Below are positions 39,501-52,791 of a stretch of 64,000 bases of DNA, piece after piece (the stretch's first letter is position 1; the number at the start of each line of letters is the position of its first letter). The notes under the pieces were generated by a model, which made no database searches, had not been told where the DNA came from, and saw only the letters and a program-made list of their open reading frames with translations. Origin of the DNA: Geosiphon pyriformis uo1 (lineage: Eukaryota > Fungi > Glomeromycota); NCBI GenBank assembly GCA_016748015.1, contig JAAOMT010000086.1:12983-76982 (forward strand). The letters run 5' to 3'. Made by a program: the position numbers and the translations under genes.

Positions 39501-41895
39501 CCAAGTATCACCTGCCAGCCATGAAATCATTTGTCAAGAAATCAACAAAATGTTGAACAATAAGTTAATTCAATCATCAATAAATCTATAGTTATTATTA
39601 GCAGTATTTGTTCAAAAAAAATAGAAAGATCTACATTTGTGTAAATTACAGAAAGCTCAATAGTATTACTCATGAAAACAGTTATTTAACTCCATGAATC
39701 CAGAAATTATTTGATGCTTTTGAAGGAAAAAAATAGTTTTCAATATTAGATTTAAATAGTAATTACTGGCAAATAGTAATAAATCTAGCAGATAAAAAAA
39801 AATGCTATTTACTATTAGAGAAAAGAATTTTGAATTCAATATTATGCCATTTGGCTTAACCAATGCTTTAGCCATCTTTTAATAACTAATAAAAATTGTT
39901 TACACTAAATTATTATAAAAATTAGTAGTAGTTTATTTGAATAACATTAATGTATTTTCCGTAACATTTAATAATCATTATTATTATCTTTAACAAGTGT
40001 TTGAAAAATTAAGAAGAGCAAAACTAAAGTTGAATACTACCAAGTGTTTCTTTAAAAAAACAAAGCTCAAGTTTTTGGAATATTTCATAAGCAAAAATAG
40101 TATCAAAATGGATTCAGATAAAATTGAAATCATTAAAAACTTCTTAGTACTAACAAACTTAATAAAACTAAGAGCATTTTTGGAATTTGCTGGATATTAT
40201 TACTGTTTTATTCAAAATTTCTCCAAATTGGCTCAACTACTTTACTAACTTCAAGCTAAGAACATTAAATACAAATAGACCGAAATTCAACAAAAAGCTT
40301 TTGCTATCTTAAGAAGAAAGCTTATTTAAGCCCTAGTATTAATTTATTCAGATTATAGCAAACCATTTATCATTATTACCAATGTATTAGGCCAAGCATT
40401 AAGAGCAGTGCTGTTGCAAAAAAAATCAGATAGATAAAAGCATTCAGTAATATATGCCAGTTGAAGTTTAAGTTTAGTTAAAAAGAACTATAAAACATTA
40501 ACACTAAAATATTTAGCTATTTATTAGACTGTCATAAAATAAAAAAAATACTTAAGTTAGAAGTTTGATGTGTACACTAATTATAAGGAATTGATATCAA
40601 TTCAAAAGCAAAAATTATCATACAAAATAGAAAATAGAACTTTTACTATTTAATTATACAGTATATCATAAAAAGAGAAAAAAACAGAAATACTAATGAT
40701 TTATCACAAATAAAACAAATTTAAAACATTTTAACTCAAAAATATAACAAAAAATAAACACACAAAAATATCAACAATTTCAACATTATATTAATACTTA
40801 ATAGTTTAAGGAAACATTAACTTAAAAAAAACAAAACCACATAAAATAACAATCAAAATATTTTATCACTTACTAAAATATACTATATTAAAAAAACAAA
40901 AAAGATTCAGATTAACAATTCAAAGTAATTAAAAATTAGAAAAAGAAACAATATTGTTCAATATGTACTTAAATCTAATAGCAGAATATTTTTATAAAGA
41001 AGCAATCATAAAAAGAACCAGAAAAAGATATTATTAAACATTTATGTATTTAAATATCATCCAATATTTTTAAAGTTGTGATACTTGTCAAGAAAAAGAA
41101 GAAAAAAAATCTAGTGGACCATTAAGACCAATCAAAATAAGTTAATCATTTGATTAAATTGGAATTGATTTAGTTAAATCATTAACAATAATCAACAAAA
41201 GCAACTAATATATAATAGTAGCTATTAACTATCTTATAAAATAGCCAGAAATTAAAACAATTTAAAAAGCAGATGCAAAATTTATTGCTAAATTCATACA
41301 TTAAAATTTGATTTATTGACACAAATGTCTAAAAAAATTGTTATCAGACCAAGATATTCACTTTATAAACAAAACATTAGCAGAATTAAATTAGAAATTT
41401 GGATTTAAAAAATCATTATTATTATTATATTATTTACAAACCAATGGCTTAGTTAAAAAATTCAACAAAATATTGTGTAAAGTAATAGCCAAGATCAATT
41501 AAAAAAATCAAGACAAATAAAATTTGTTCATATTATTGGTATTATTTGCTTATTAAACAATAAAACAAGATATTACACAAGCAATACCATTTGAACTAGT
41601 TTATAGTAGAACTGCAGTATTACCAGTGAAAATAGAAGTTAATACATATTCAGTAAAACCAATAACAAAAGCAATTTTTAAGAAACATTACTAAAAAAAA
41701 CATATGACTTAATAGAAACTCTAAAAAACAAGAAACAAAAAACAGCTAATAATATACAAAAAAAACAAAAAAAATAACATGATAACCAGCCAAATTCAGG
41801 ATTGAAGACAAAGTACTTTTATATTATATTAAAACAGAAACATAATAGAATAGAAAGTTTGATCCCAAATAAGATAATTTATTTCACATTGAAAA
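36568..41895 (+). mobile_element. Ty3/Gypsy element E (5'- and 3'-truncated, heavily decayed)
   Basis: PR LILDSGLAGSII ~37060, Cys-rich ~37640-38270, dUTPase ~38510-38905, RT ~39400-40250 (YLNN), RH, IN ~40950-41890. Confidence 0.9.
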
Positions 41896-41899
41896 TATG

Positions 41900-44800
41900 C
41901 TAAAAAAAAATTTGCTAAAGCAAACCAACAATTAAATCTCTGTTCATTATACAAAAAACTTTACCAAAATTTTTAGATTATGAAAATTCAGAAATTACTA
42001 ATATTAACAGTTATTAAGCACTAAGTTACAGGTTTATTATTTGTTTTAACACTCCAAATAATTATCTGTAACATTTGGTGCTTTCTGTGAAGTTTAATCC
42101 AACAAAAAACCAGCACCAATAGCAACTATTTAGATCCATATTGCTGTTAATAACAAAAACATCATTATTCAGAGTACTGTTTCAAAATAATAAAAAAAAG
42201 CCAAATTATTAAGAACCTATAGCAATTTCTTTAAAGGATTTAAAATCATGACTAACAATTCTATCAAGACTTCAATTACTGCTATATTAACCAAATTTCG
42301 AATTTACTAGTAATTAGACAAATACCAATTTGGAAAAAAAAACAGTAATCAGAAAAATAAGAATTAAAACCTGATTCCAAATAATTTGAAAGTTTAAACT
42401 CCAATTGTTCAAATTTTATCAAACTCAAACAATCTAAACTTAGCTTCTATTCTTTCAAAAAACTTATTTTCAATTATTTAAATTAATTTATCACCAGTAA
42501 TACTAATTGCTGATTAGAAATAACCACAATTAAACAAAGAAACACAGAAGCAGTTATTACTTACTTGAGATGTTTCTATAAAAATTTGCACCAAATTCAA
42601 ACAATTAATGTTAACTATTTTATAATACTGCAAATTTTAAATCAATTTATTTATTAATTGCACAGTAATCTGTTATAACAAGTATACAAATACTCTTTAA
42701 GATATAATTACCCATACCAAAGATTTTAAATTGGCAGAATTTAAAGTTAACTATGCCCAAGTTATAAATTTAGTCATGAACAGATTATCTAAATTGAATT
42801 CTAAGCTAAAACAATTTAGTAATTAGATCAACCAAAAATTAAAAAGATATTTAATTAATAATTTAGCAATTTATTAGTCTCTACAATATTATAAAATCAA
42901 AAAAATTCTAATTGTTTCCACAATCAGTTATGTTTATTATTATCATCATTAAATCAATTATGACAACAGAAAACACATAATTGTTACTACTGTGGTAAAC
43001 AAAAGCACCTAAAAATAGACTGTAGAACCAGATTAAATAACTAATAATTGGAAAATCAATATAAAAACCCTAATTACTGGTTTCAAACTCAGAATCAAGA
43101 ACAATATTAACATTAAACTCCATATTAACCAATAATACAATAATCTATATATGTATCTTTTATTTATTAAATTCTAGCATTAATAATATATTAATCACAA
43201 TCACAAATAATCTATTAGTTCTAACTAATTTAAACACCACCACAAAATTTAACTCAAATAACAACTGGAAATCAAAGACTGAAAATTATGTACACACAAT
43301 AAAACTAAAGATCAGTATAGTAATATATTAACTGATTTCCAGTTTATCAAATTAGTTATTAGAATTATGTCAGCAAAGTTTGAAAAATAAGTATATCTAA
43401 AACCCAAATTCTTAGAACTATTTAAGCCTCTTTGTTATCTTAGAAAACAATCTATCTAACAACTTGGAAAGCCCAAAAACACCACTTATCAACAATATTT
43501 TACCAGTAACTATCACTAAAAACAAGTTATTAGCAGTCATATTTCTTTTGAATTAAAAAAGTTAACAACAATATCTCTATTCAGTAAAGTCACTCTCAAT
43601 GCCAAACTTATTATAGCCATATATACAGATGCCAAAATTAATAGCCAATTTATCAAGCTAATTTTTAATAGCAGGTCAGCAAGCAGCATTATTACATAAC
43701 AACTCATAGACCAAGTAGATTATTAAATTGATTACACTATTAGTGCCAAAATTATTACAGCTAATGGAGTAATCAAGACTCTTATTGGCAAAATTAATGA
43801 CTTTTTTTTTAAAGTTAATAGTATTATTATATTCATCAAAGTTCTTGTGATAGGGCCACATAATATTAAGCTTTTATTGGTAATAATTGGCTGTTCAAGA
43901 CTAATATTATGCTCAACTAAAATATTCAAAAGCTATAGCTTAATCAAAATAATTAACATACTTAGATACCAGTTATTTGCAGTTATTTTAAAACAAACTA
44001 ATCACAATTACTAATAAAATTTGAAAAAAAATAAACAAATCTATCTAAAAAGCCTATGTAGTCTTGTAAGCTAAGAATGACTACAACAAGCTACTATCAA
44101 TACTTTCTTAGAATGACAAAAGAAAAAAAAAAAAGAGGACAAACCACAAAACATTACTACCAAAGAAACAGTTAGCAGTTGGCATAAATTATTTTTATTT
44201 TAAATTCAAGTATTTTTGTTAATATTTTGAATAATCTAAAACAATTCTATAAACACTACCAAGATTTACTAAAAAAAAACAAAAGCATTATTTAGACTCT
44301 GTGAGCATTGCCTAATTCTATGTTACTTCAAATATTACAATAACTATAATGTTGTTTACAATTTACTATTGCATATAATCTATTTAATTCTTAAAGTAAA
44401 AAAACCAATTAACGAATGTATTTTAAAATTAGAATCAAAATTCAATTTTAATTTAGACTTCAATAATAACAACAATAATAGTTTTAACTTCATTCACAAT
44501 AGCAACAACAGCAATAACAATTTAAACTTTGATTACAATCTTAAACAATATATTATGTTCTCAGATTTTTCAAAAAACAGAAATTTAAATAATTTAGTAA
44601 TAATAATAAAGATATGATATACATGTACATAATATTAAAACAAGGTTTTATCTTAGATATTCAAAAAAACTGTCATTAAATTGGAACTTTATTTACACAC
44701 CAGTATAGAATTAGAAGATTTAGAAAATTTTGATGGAGCTTAATATTAAAAAGAAAGAATAATATTACTCAAGAAATTAAGAATTATAATAAGTAGATAA

Positions 44801-45320
44801 AATAGCCAATTAGAAATAAACATAATAAAAAAAAATTCCAGGATTCCTTTTAAAGAATTGTAGAACCCCAGAATTCTAGAATTTCAAAATTTCTCTTAAA
44901 AAAATCAAAAAAATCTTGTATAATATAAATTATGTATATATAGCGAAAGTATTAGAAGCAGAATAAAGTAGTACAGATATTTCAGAACATTTTAAAAGAT
45001 AGTTTTTTATAACTTGAAATAATATCATATTAATATTAATAAAATTATTTATTGCCATTCAATCCATGTTATTATTACTTAATTAAAAAAATATTAAAGA
45101 ATTCCACACTATGAACACTCTATGTTAACAGAATCCAATATTTAACTATACTGGATCAATAGCTCTTAATTATGGCTATTGATAAAATACTAATTTTTTT
45201 TTTCTTATTTTCTTTTATTTTTTTTATTTTTCTTTTGTTTTATTTTTTTGTTGTTATTAATTGATTAAAAGAATTATGTGCTGAGTAATTTTGATGTTAA
45301 AGATAGTCAACTAAAAGAAA
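41900..45320 (+). mobile_element. Ty3/Gypsy element F (internally deleted; same subfamily as E)
   Basis: LTR end at 42073 plus PBS TTTGGTGCTTTC, gag (CYYCGKQKHLKIDC ~42981), PR ~43620-43950, start of dUTPase ~44615-44710, then a jump to the PPT and partial 3' LTR 44763-~45320. Confidence 0.88.
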
Positions 45321-45789
45321 TTAAATATAAAAGTATTTGGTGAATTGAGAAAGTTTTTAATTAAATTATAAAATCAGATAAAATTTACAAAAAATAGTAA
45401 ATTTCAGATTTTTTTGAGATAATTTTAAAAATTTTCAAATGAGTGTTTTTATCCAGTTGTAATAATTTTTATAAATTTAAATATTTTTTAATGGGTAAAG
45501 TTTTTTAGTTATTCCAAAGTAATAGTTTAAAAATACTAAATTAAATAAGTTTTTATTTCAAATAAATAATTTTTTTTATGAATATTTAAATAATTCAAAA
45601 TTAATAATTATTTTATATTTAAAAATAGAGTAAATAAATTAAATAAATATGTTTTAAATTCTCTTAACTAATCAAACTATATATAATATTTTTTATAAAC
45701 AAACAATTTTTCGTTTAAATTATTTATCTGTTTCAAACTATTTAATAGTTAGATATTAATAAAAAACAATTAATATTATTATTAAAATT

Positions 45790-48385
45790 TGAAAGTGCTT
45801 ACTAATTTGGTCAAAAGTGTTTTTATTTGTATAATTAATACCAATAAAAAAATTCAGATCTGAAAAAAAGATACTTAAATCAAAAAAATTTTTGATCATT
45901 AAATATAAATAAATGAAAATTTTATTACCTATTGAAAATATAAAGTTTAAGATTAATTGACTTTTATATCTTGTTGTATCATGTTAAAAATTTTTTATCT
46001 CTTCAGAATAAAGTTTTTTTTTACAGACAAATTTATTTAAGTTACAAATATTGTGAACAGCAATAACTCTTTGTTAAAGTTTTTTTGCAGTATTATAATA
46101 TTGTGAATTACATTGCCAATTTTTTTCAATTTTTTCTTAAATACACTGAAATATATGTTTCTGGATTGTAAGACACTTTTTTTTAATTACATTATGTAGT
46201 ATATAAATAAAATCTGTATTATTTAAAGATCTTTTTCCTGATATAATTTTACATAAAATGATAGCAAAGCTGTATATATTGTTATACTTAGTATAAAAAC
46301 TACTCTTGCAAATTTTAGGTGCAAGATATTTGAAAACATTATAAGTGTTTCAGATTGTAAAACATTATCTGCAAAATGACAGAGTTTAAAATCAGAAATA
46401 ACAATTTTTAAGAGATTTGTTATCAAAACAAAAATATTTCCAGAATGTAAGTCTTCATGTATTAGTTCTAATTTATACATAAACTTTAACCCACCAGCAA
46501 TTTGAAAAAAATACGAAAAAACATGTCCTAATTAAAAATATCTTTGTTAGACTTAAGAAAAGCTTTAAAGTCTCCATGTTTCACAAATAATAAAATCATA
46601 ATAAATTTATTAGTTGTAAGATTTCTGGTTATTCCATAGTATTCAAAAATGTATTTACAAGTAGTACTTTAATAATGTGTAATAAGCTATATAAATACAG
46701 TCTTTAGTTTAAAAAAAAATTGGAATAATAAAAATCACATAGATTTTTTAAAAGAAAATACCATATCTGAATTAATATATTTTATATTTTGTCTATTTTA
46801 AGATATTTCAAAGCAATTTTTGTAATTCCAGTTTGTTCATACTTTTGAATTTTTTTGTCCCAAAATAGAATTCTACTATTTTTCTATCTATTTTTTTTTA
46901 TAATACCAAATCTTTCCATTCCTACTTGATTTAAATGTATAATATTATTAGGAAAAATCTATTTCAAACAGCCTCTGCAGTTTTCAAAATTATGCTATAT
47001 ATATAATATATACTGATTAATATTATTATTTTTACTATTTCATGTTCTCCAAATATTTAAAAATCGTAATGATTTACAAGAATTATATCAAACTAGATTT
47101 TTTAATACAATATAATATTTTGAACATTTCAGCAAACCTGTTTCAAAAACATTATCATTACTATTATTAATATTACAAAATAAACATATAGAAGATTTAT
47201 TAATGATTATACTCAAGTTGCTATATTTAAAACACTTGAATTCATATAAAAGCTGATTAAAAAAAGCTTCAAAATCTAAAAATTCTCTATTAAAATTATT
47301 GAAGTATTTAAAACTTCAATTTTGAAATTGTAAAATGATATATTCAAGATTGTTTTAGTCTTTTAAGAAAAGATTATAAACATTCAAATTAGTAAAATTA
47401 CTTGATAATATAAGTTATTTGCTCTTGCTGTTTTTAAATAGAGTTTAAATGCTTTTTGAAAACTTTTTATGATTTCCCATTCATTTTAATAATACTATTC
47501 AAAATTATATTATATATTTTGATTTCTTGTCTCTGTTGTTTTTAAATAAAATTAAAATGTTTTTTCATAATTTTTCACTATTTTTTATTCATTTTAATAA
47601 TATGTTCTAATACTAATTTGTGAATTCAGATTTCTTACTTTTTCTAAATCTTTTTGCTTCCAATTATTTTCGATAATATGCTTTAAGAGTAATTGGTCCA
47701 AGTAAATATCTCATCTTTGCAACTTTTGAATAAAGTTCAAATGCTATTTTCTCATTTTTTGTCATTTTTTTTTCATTAGCATAACAAATTACAAGATTGT
47801 ATTCTGTATCTATATGTTCTGTCTCTGCAACTTTTAAATAAAGCTCAAATATTACATCTAAATATTCTGTTTCTGCAACTTTTAAATAAAGTTCAAATGC
47901 TTTTTTCTCGTTTTTTGTCATTTTTTTCCATTATCATAACAAAATACAAGGTTGTATTGTATATCTAAATGTCCCATTTTTGCAGTTTTTGAATAAAATT
48001 CAAATGCTTTTCCTTGATTTTTTGAAGTACTAATTTTATTATTATAACAATAACCTAAGAAAAATTGTCCAAAAGAATTTTCTGTATTTGCTGCTTTTGT
48101 TAAATTAGGAGTAGTTTTAATTTCATGTTCTAAACAAAAACTAAGCAAGATATTATCTATTAAACATTTTAGATTTTTATTATTCAAGTAATTGAATAAG
48201 TTTTTAGGAATTTTCTGATTACTTACAAGATAATTTTTAACTATGTTGACAACTTTTGAATATTTACTAGCTAAAAAAATAGGCAAACTTTTATTAATAA
48301 CTATGAATGTTCTTTTAAGCCAGTTGAGAAATGAAATTGAGTTTTCAATTAATAATTTTAAAGACATAATTTTCAAGCAACACAA
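45790..48385 (-). pseudogene. Sel1-repeat plus TKL-type protein kinase pseudogene
   Basis: Sel1 repeats (GQFFLGYCY, KAFELYLKVAE, YNLVICY) at 47664-48385. Kinase LIHEDLHSGNIFV and ISDFKLC at 46223-46480. Many stops and frameshifts. Confidence 0.85.
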
Positions 48386-48699
48386 ATAAATTATTAAATT
48401 TTGAATGTTTTATATGAATAAAGTTTTGCTAATAAATAAGGATTTTAAATTTTCAAAAAAGCTAAATTTAAAACATTAGAAAGTTCTGAAAATAGACTTT
48501 TATTTTATTTCTTTATTTAAATAGTTTAAACAAATAGAAATTGTTTAAAACTTAAATGATCACATAGAATATAAAAAAATAACTATTTTTATTAATGTTT
48601 TATTGCTATTTTTAAATGAAAACCTAAAGTTAGATTATAGTTTATTGGTTTTAATAGCTAATTAATAAATTTCTTGAATATATAATCTAGTTCAATGAT

Positions 48700-50882
48700 T
48701 GTAACAGTCTTTGTTTACCCTAATTGCTTTTTTAATTTTAGTAATAGGTTTAATAACAAGTTTAATATAATTTTTTTAGTTTTACTTGCATAAAATTTAT
48801 TTTGAATTTCAGTAAATCAATAAAACTATAATTATTTAGATTTTATTTTATGGCTTTTATTAATAAATTATTATAAAAAAATGCTAAAACTCAGTAATTA
48901 TCTTGATATTAAGTTTAATATTATTAAAACTTTAAAATTTTATCTGTTTTAGGCATCTTTTACTTGATAAATATATTACATAAATCTACTTAAAAAAGCT
49001 ATATTTTAGAATCTAATATAAAATTTGATGTATTTGGCATAACTTTATCAAATAAAAAATTATTTGGTTTAATAAAACAATTAATAAGATTTGCTCAAAA
49101 AAAAATTAAAGTATATTAAAATTTATAATGTAATTTCACCAAATGTAAGTTTTAGAAATAAATAAAATTTGAAAATAACTTATTTTGTTATTTTTTTTTG
49201 TAAATTTTTGTCTCTTAAGTCAAAGCATTTTAAATAGAAAATTGTTTATCTGATTGTATTGTTATAGGTTTAAAAATAAATTGAATGTTAGTTACATTTT
49301 TGATTGTTTGATACCATGACATAGTATTGTAGTAAGATTTCAATTTGGTAATATAATATAAAATATTGCAGTTTTATCTATGTTAAAAATATCACATAAT
49401 TTTCAATTAGCAAAAAGTATTATTATATGCATTTACTTATCTTCAATATGCTCAACATTAACTAATAATATATTATTATGAAAGCAAAGTAAATACAATT
49501 CAACATGGTCTTTAAAACTTTTAAGCCAACTATTAGATAGTTTTTGGTGCTTATTTTCTAAAATATTTAATTGATTATAGAACTTTATGTCAGCAGCTCA
49601 AAATATATTTCTAGTAAGTATTATTTTATATAATTTTGTCTCTTAAACAACAAGTGCTTTATCAAAGTCAAGATTACATATTATACATATATATTTGCTA
49701 ATCAAATCATATATTGTATTTGCTTATGCACAAAAATTTGGTTTATTTTTAATCCAAGCCAAAACTAAAAGCTGTTTCATGTATAGAAAACTATTTTTTT
49801 TAAAGTGCTTTGTAGTTTTTAATTGGTTTTTATTATTTGCATAATACCAATTAAGCATTATAAACTTATTATAAAGTGTAATATTTTTATAACTTTGCAG
49901 AATACAAGCTAAAAAAATAGCATGTTTTTTGCTATTAAACATAATAAAATCAAAAGGCAAAGAAAAAATACAATTAAAACTCTAATCAAATAGAGCTGAT
50001 CCAAAAATTTGACTTGATTACTCACATAATTAATAATAATTTAAAACTTGGAACAATTCGAAACTCTGTTTTAATTATTTATACAATTGATAATAATTTA
50101 GAACTTGGAACAATTTGAAACTCTGACTTAATTACTTATACAATCAATGATAATTTGGAATTTGGAACAATTTGAAACTCTAATTTAATTATTCACAAGA
50201 TTAGTAATAATTTAAAACTTGGAACAATTCAAAACTTTGATTACTTATATAATTAATAATAATTTAGAACTTGAAACAATTTAAAACTTTGACTTGATTA
50301 TTCATAAAATTAGTAATAATTTAAAATTTAAGACAATTTGAAACTTCGACTTAATTACTTATATAATTAATAATAATTTAAAACTAGAGACAATTTGAAA
50401 TTCTAACTTAATTACTTATATAATTAATGATAATTTAGAACTTGAGACAATTTAAAATTTTAACTTAATTATTCACAAGATCAATAATAATTTAAAACTT
50501 AGGACAATTTAAAACTCTAACTTGATTACTTACACAATTAATGATAATTTAAAACTTGAGACAATTTGAAACTTTAACTTGATTACTTACACAATTAATA
50601 ATTATTCTATTAAATAAATGATGTTATATTATCATATAATATTTTTAGTCATGAAAATATTGGTTTGCTTTACTGTAATTTTACTAGAATTAGCAGAATT
50701 TAAACTAAATCTAACACTTAAAATAACTCATATTGATAATAAAAAGTTATGAATTATTAGATATCACAAGTATGATTATAAATATAGGAATTCTTTAATT
50801 ACCAAATTAGTAGATTCAAAATGCTATGGTTTATTACAGATTACGAATTATCTTAATATGAATTATCTTAGGTTTGACTATA
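48700..50882 (-). mobile_element. Decayed pogo/Tigger-like (DDE_1) DNA transposon
   Basis: NWYYANNKNQLKTTKHF, DFDKALVV*, LSNSWLKSFK and DIFNIDKTAIFY (from DETALFY). TIR-like TA|TAGTCAAACCTAAGATAATTC at 50860-50882. Other TIR not found. Confidence 0.78.
50003..50604. repeat. 57-bp tandem repeat, about 10.5 units
   Basis: Unit AATAATAATTTAAAACTTRRRACAATTTRAAACTYTRACTTRATTAYTYAYAYAATT repeated head to tail with no spacers. Confidence 0.95.
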
Positions 50883-52791
50883 TGTCTAAATTTTTATTTT
50901 CAAGAATATGTAAAAAAAACATTTTTTAAACAGACAAAAATTCTTAAAGCAAATATTAATACAAAAATATCAACTTTTTTATTTCTTTATTTATTTTTTT
51001 TGATTTGGATAATTATTAGTTTTTGTAAAATATATTTAATAGATGTTTATTAAAAAATACAAATAATACCTAATATTGAATTTTAAGAGCACCAATATAT
51101 GACATAAAATTAAACTAATGTATTATCTTTTATTAATAATATAAATTATTTTTCTATTTTCAGATTTTTTTGTTATCTTTTGAAAAGAATAGTGACCGAA
51201 ATATTTATAAAACTAATATCATACATTGAATTTTTTAATTCAATTTGCTTATTAAAATTGAATTATTTTTTGCTTATTTTATTTTCATACAATACTGTTT
51301 TTTCTTGCTATTTATTAATGTATTATATCTGATTATAACAATATTAGTTATTTAAAATAATATTGAATTAATTAAAGAGTTATTATATCTCTTATCTATA
51401 ATAAAATAAGTTTTACAAAAACTGGTTTACCAAAAATGAAAAAAAAGTTTAAAAAATTACATTTATTTTAGATCTGAAAAAATTTCAGTAAACTAACTTA
51501 AAAAACTATTAAGTTCATATTTTTGTCTGCTTTATAAACTTTTCAAATAATATTATTTAATAAAACATCATAAAAAAATTACCAAAATCTTAATCAGAGA
51601 TAGACAAAAAAGACATTTGTTTAAAAAATTTTTTTATTATAAAAGTTGAATAAACTAAAAGAATTCTTAATTAATATTTCATCATAAAGCAGTAATTTAT
51701 TAAATTAAAATTTAATGAATAACAAAAACAATATCACTTTTTAAGATTTTTGCCAATATTATATTTAAATTTAATTGTACAAATTTTAGCAAAAAATTAG
51801 ATTATATTGTTATCAATATATTAAGAAACATTAATTAAAATAATATGTGTTATTATTCATAAAAGACTGTGCAAAAAATGCTAAACCAAAACCATTTTTA
51901 ACTGTTGCAAATGCCTTATATATCTTAATATTATAATAAAGTTTTTGAATTTTATAGTTAAAGAATTCTTAATGCAATAAAAGAGTCAAATTTTTAACTT
52001 GAAGATTTTCAAAATACAGCAGATTAGTAAAACAAGATATTAATTATAAAAAATTTACACCTTTGTTTAAATTGGTTAATAATATTTATATTATTATATA
52101 ACTAAATCAATTTTAAAAATATCAAAAAAAGGAAGATAAATAATATATAATAAAAAAATTTATGCAAATTTCTTAAAAAATTTCTCTTTTAAAGAAATCA
52201 AATTTCCATAATATGTCTTAAAATTATAAAAGATTTAATCATTTATTTAGTTTGGCTAGAGTAAATTCATAAAATAAATCCAGAAAACAAAGAATAGATA
52301 TAAAATGAATTTTATCTTTTGAATTTAATTGTTTTTTATTAAGGTTTCAAACCTGTTTTTATGCAATTGGTTTTAACAAAAAAATTTTTTGATTTTTTAT
52401 ACTTAATTTATTTTGTTTATAAAATCGGGCTTATTGATATTAATTTTAGCATTACTTATGAATTATTCAAAACCATACTATAAATCCATAAGGCAAATTA
52501 ACTTATTTTAACTAACCAATTATATTTAAAGTTTTAAAAATTTCAACAATTTTGATTTTAAATATTTCTATATGATCAAATACTAATATTTTAAAAAAAT
52601 TAATTTATTTTAATGCTCAAATTCATTTGCAAACACTGAATTTCAAAAATGGGTGTTTTTAATTTAAATGGTTAGAATTTTTATTTAAAATAATATCTGA
52701 TCACCTGTCATATAAAACTCTGTGAAAATGCCTTTTCTTAAATACTGCAGATTGAAATATCAATATTTTAAAGTTTTTATACCTTTTATCA

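Noticed and set aside
50003-50604. CRISPR-like array
   Set aside because: Units are contiguous with no unique spacers, there are no cas genes, and the context is eukaryotic.
51000-52400. Possible decayed coding or TE sequence
   Set aside because: No recognisable motif in the frames I could read; left unannotated.
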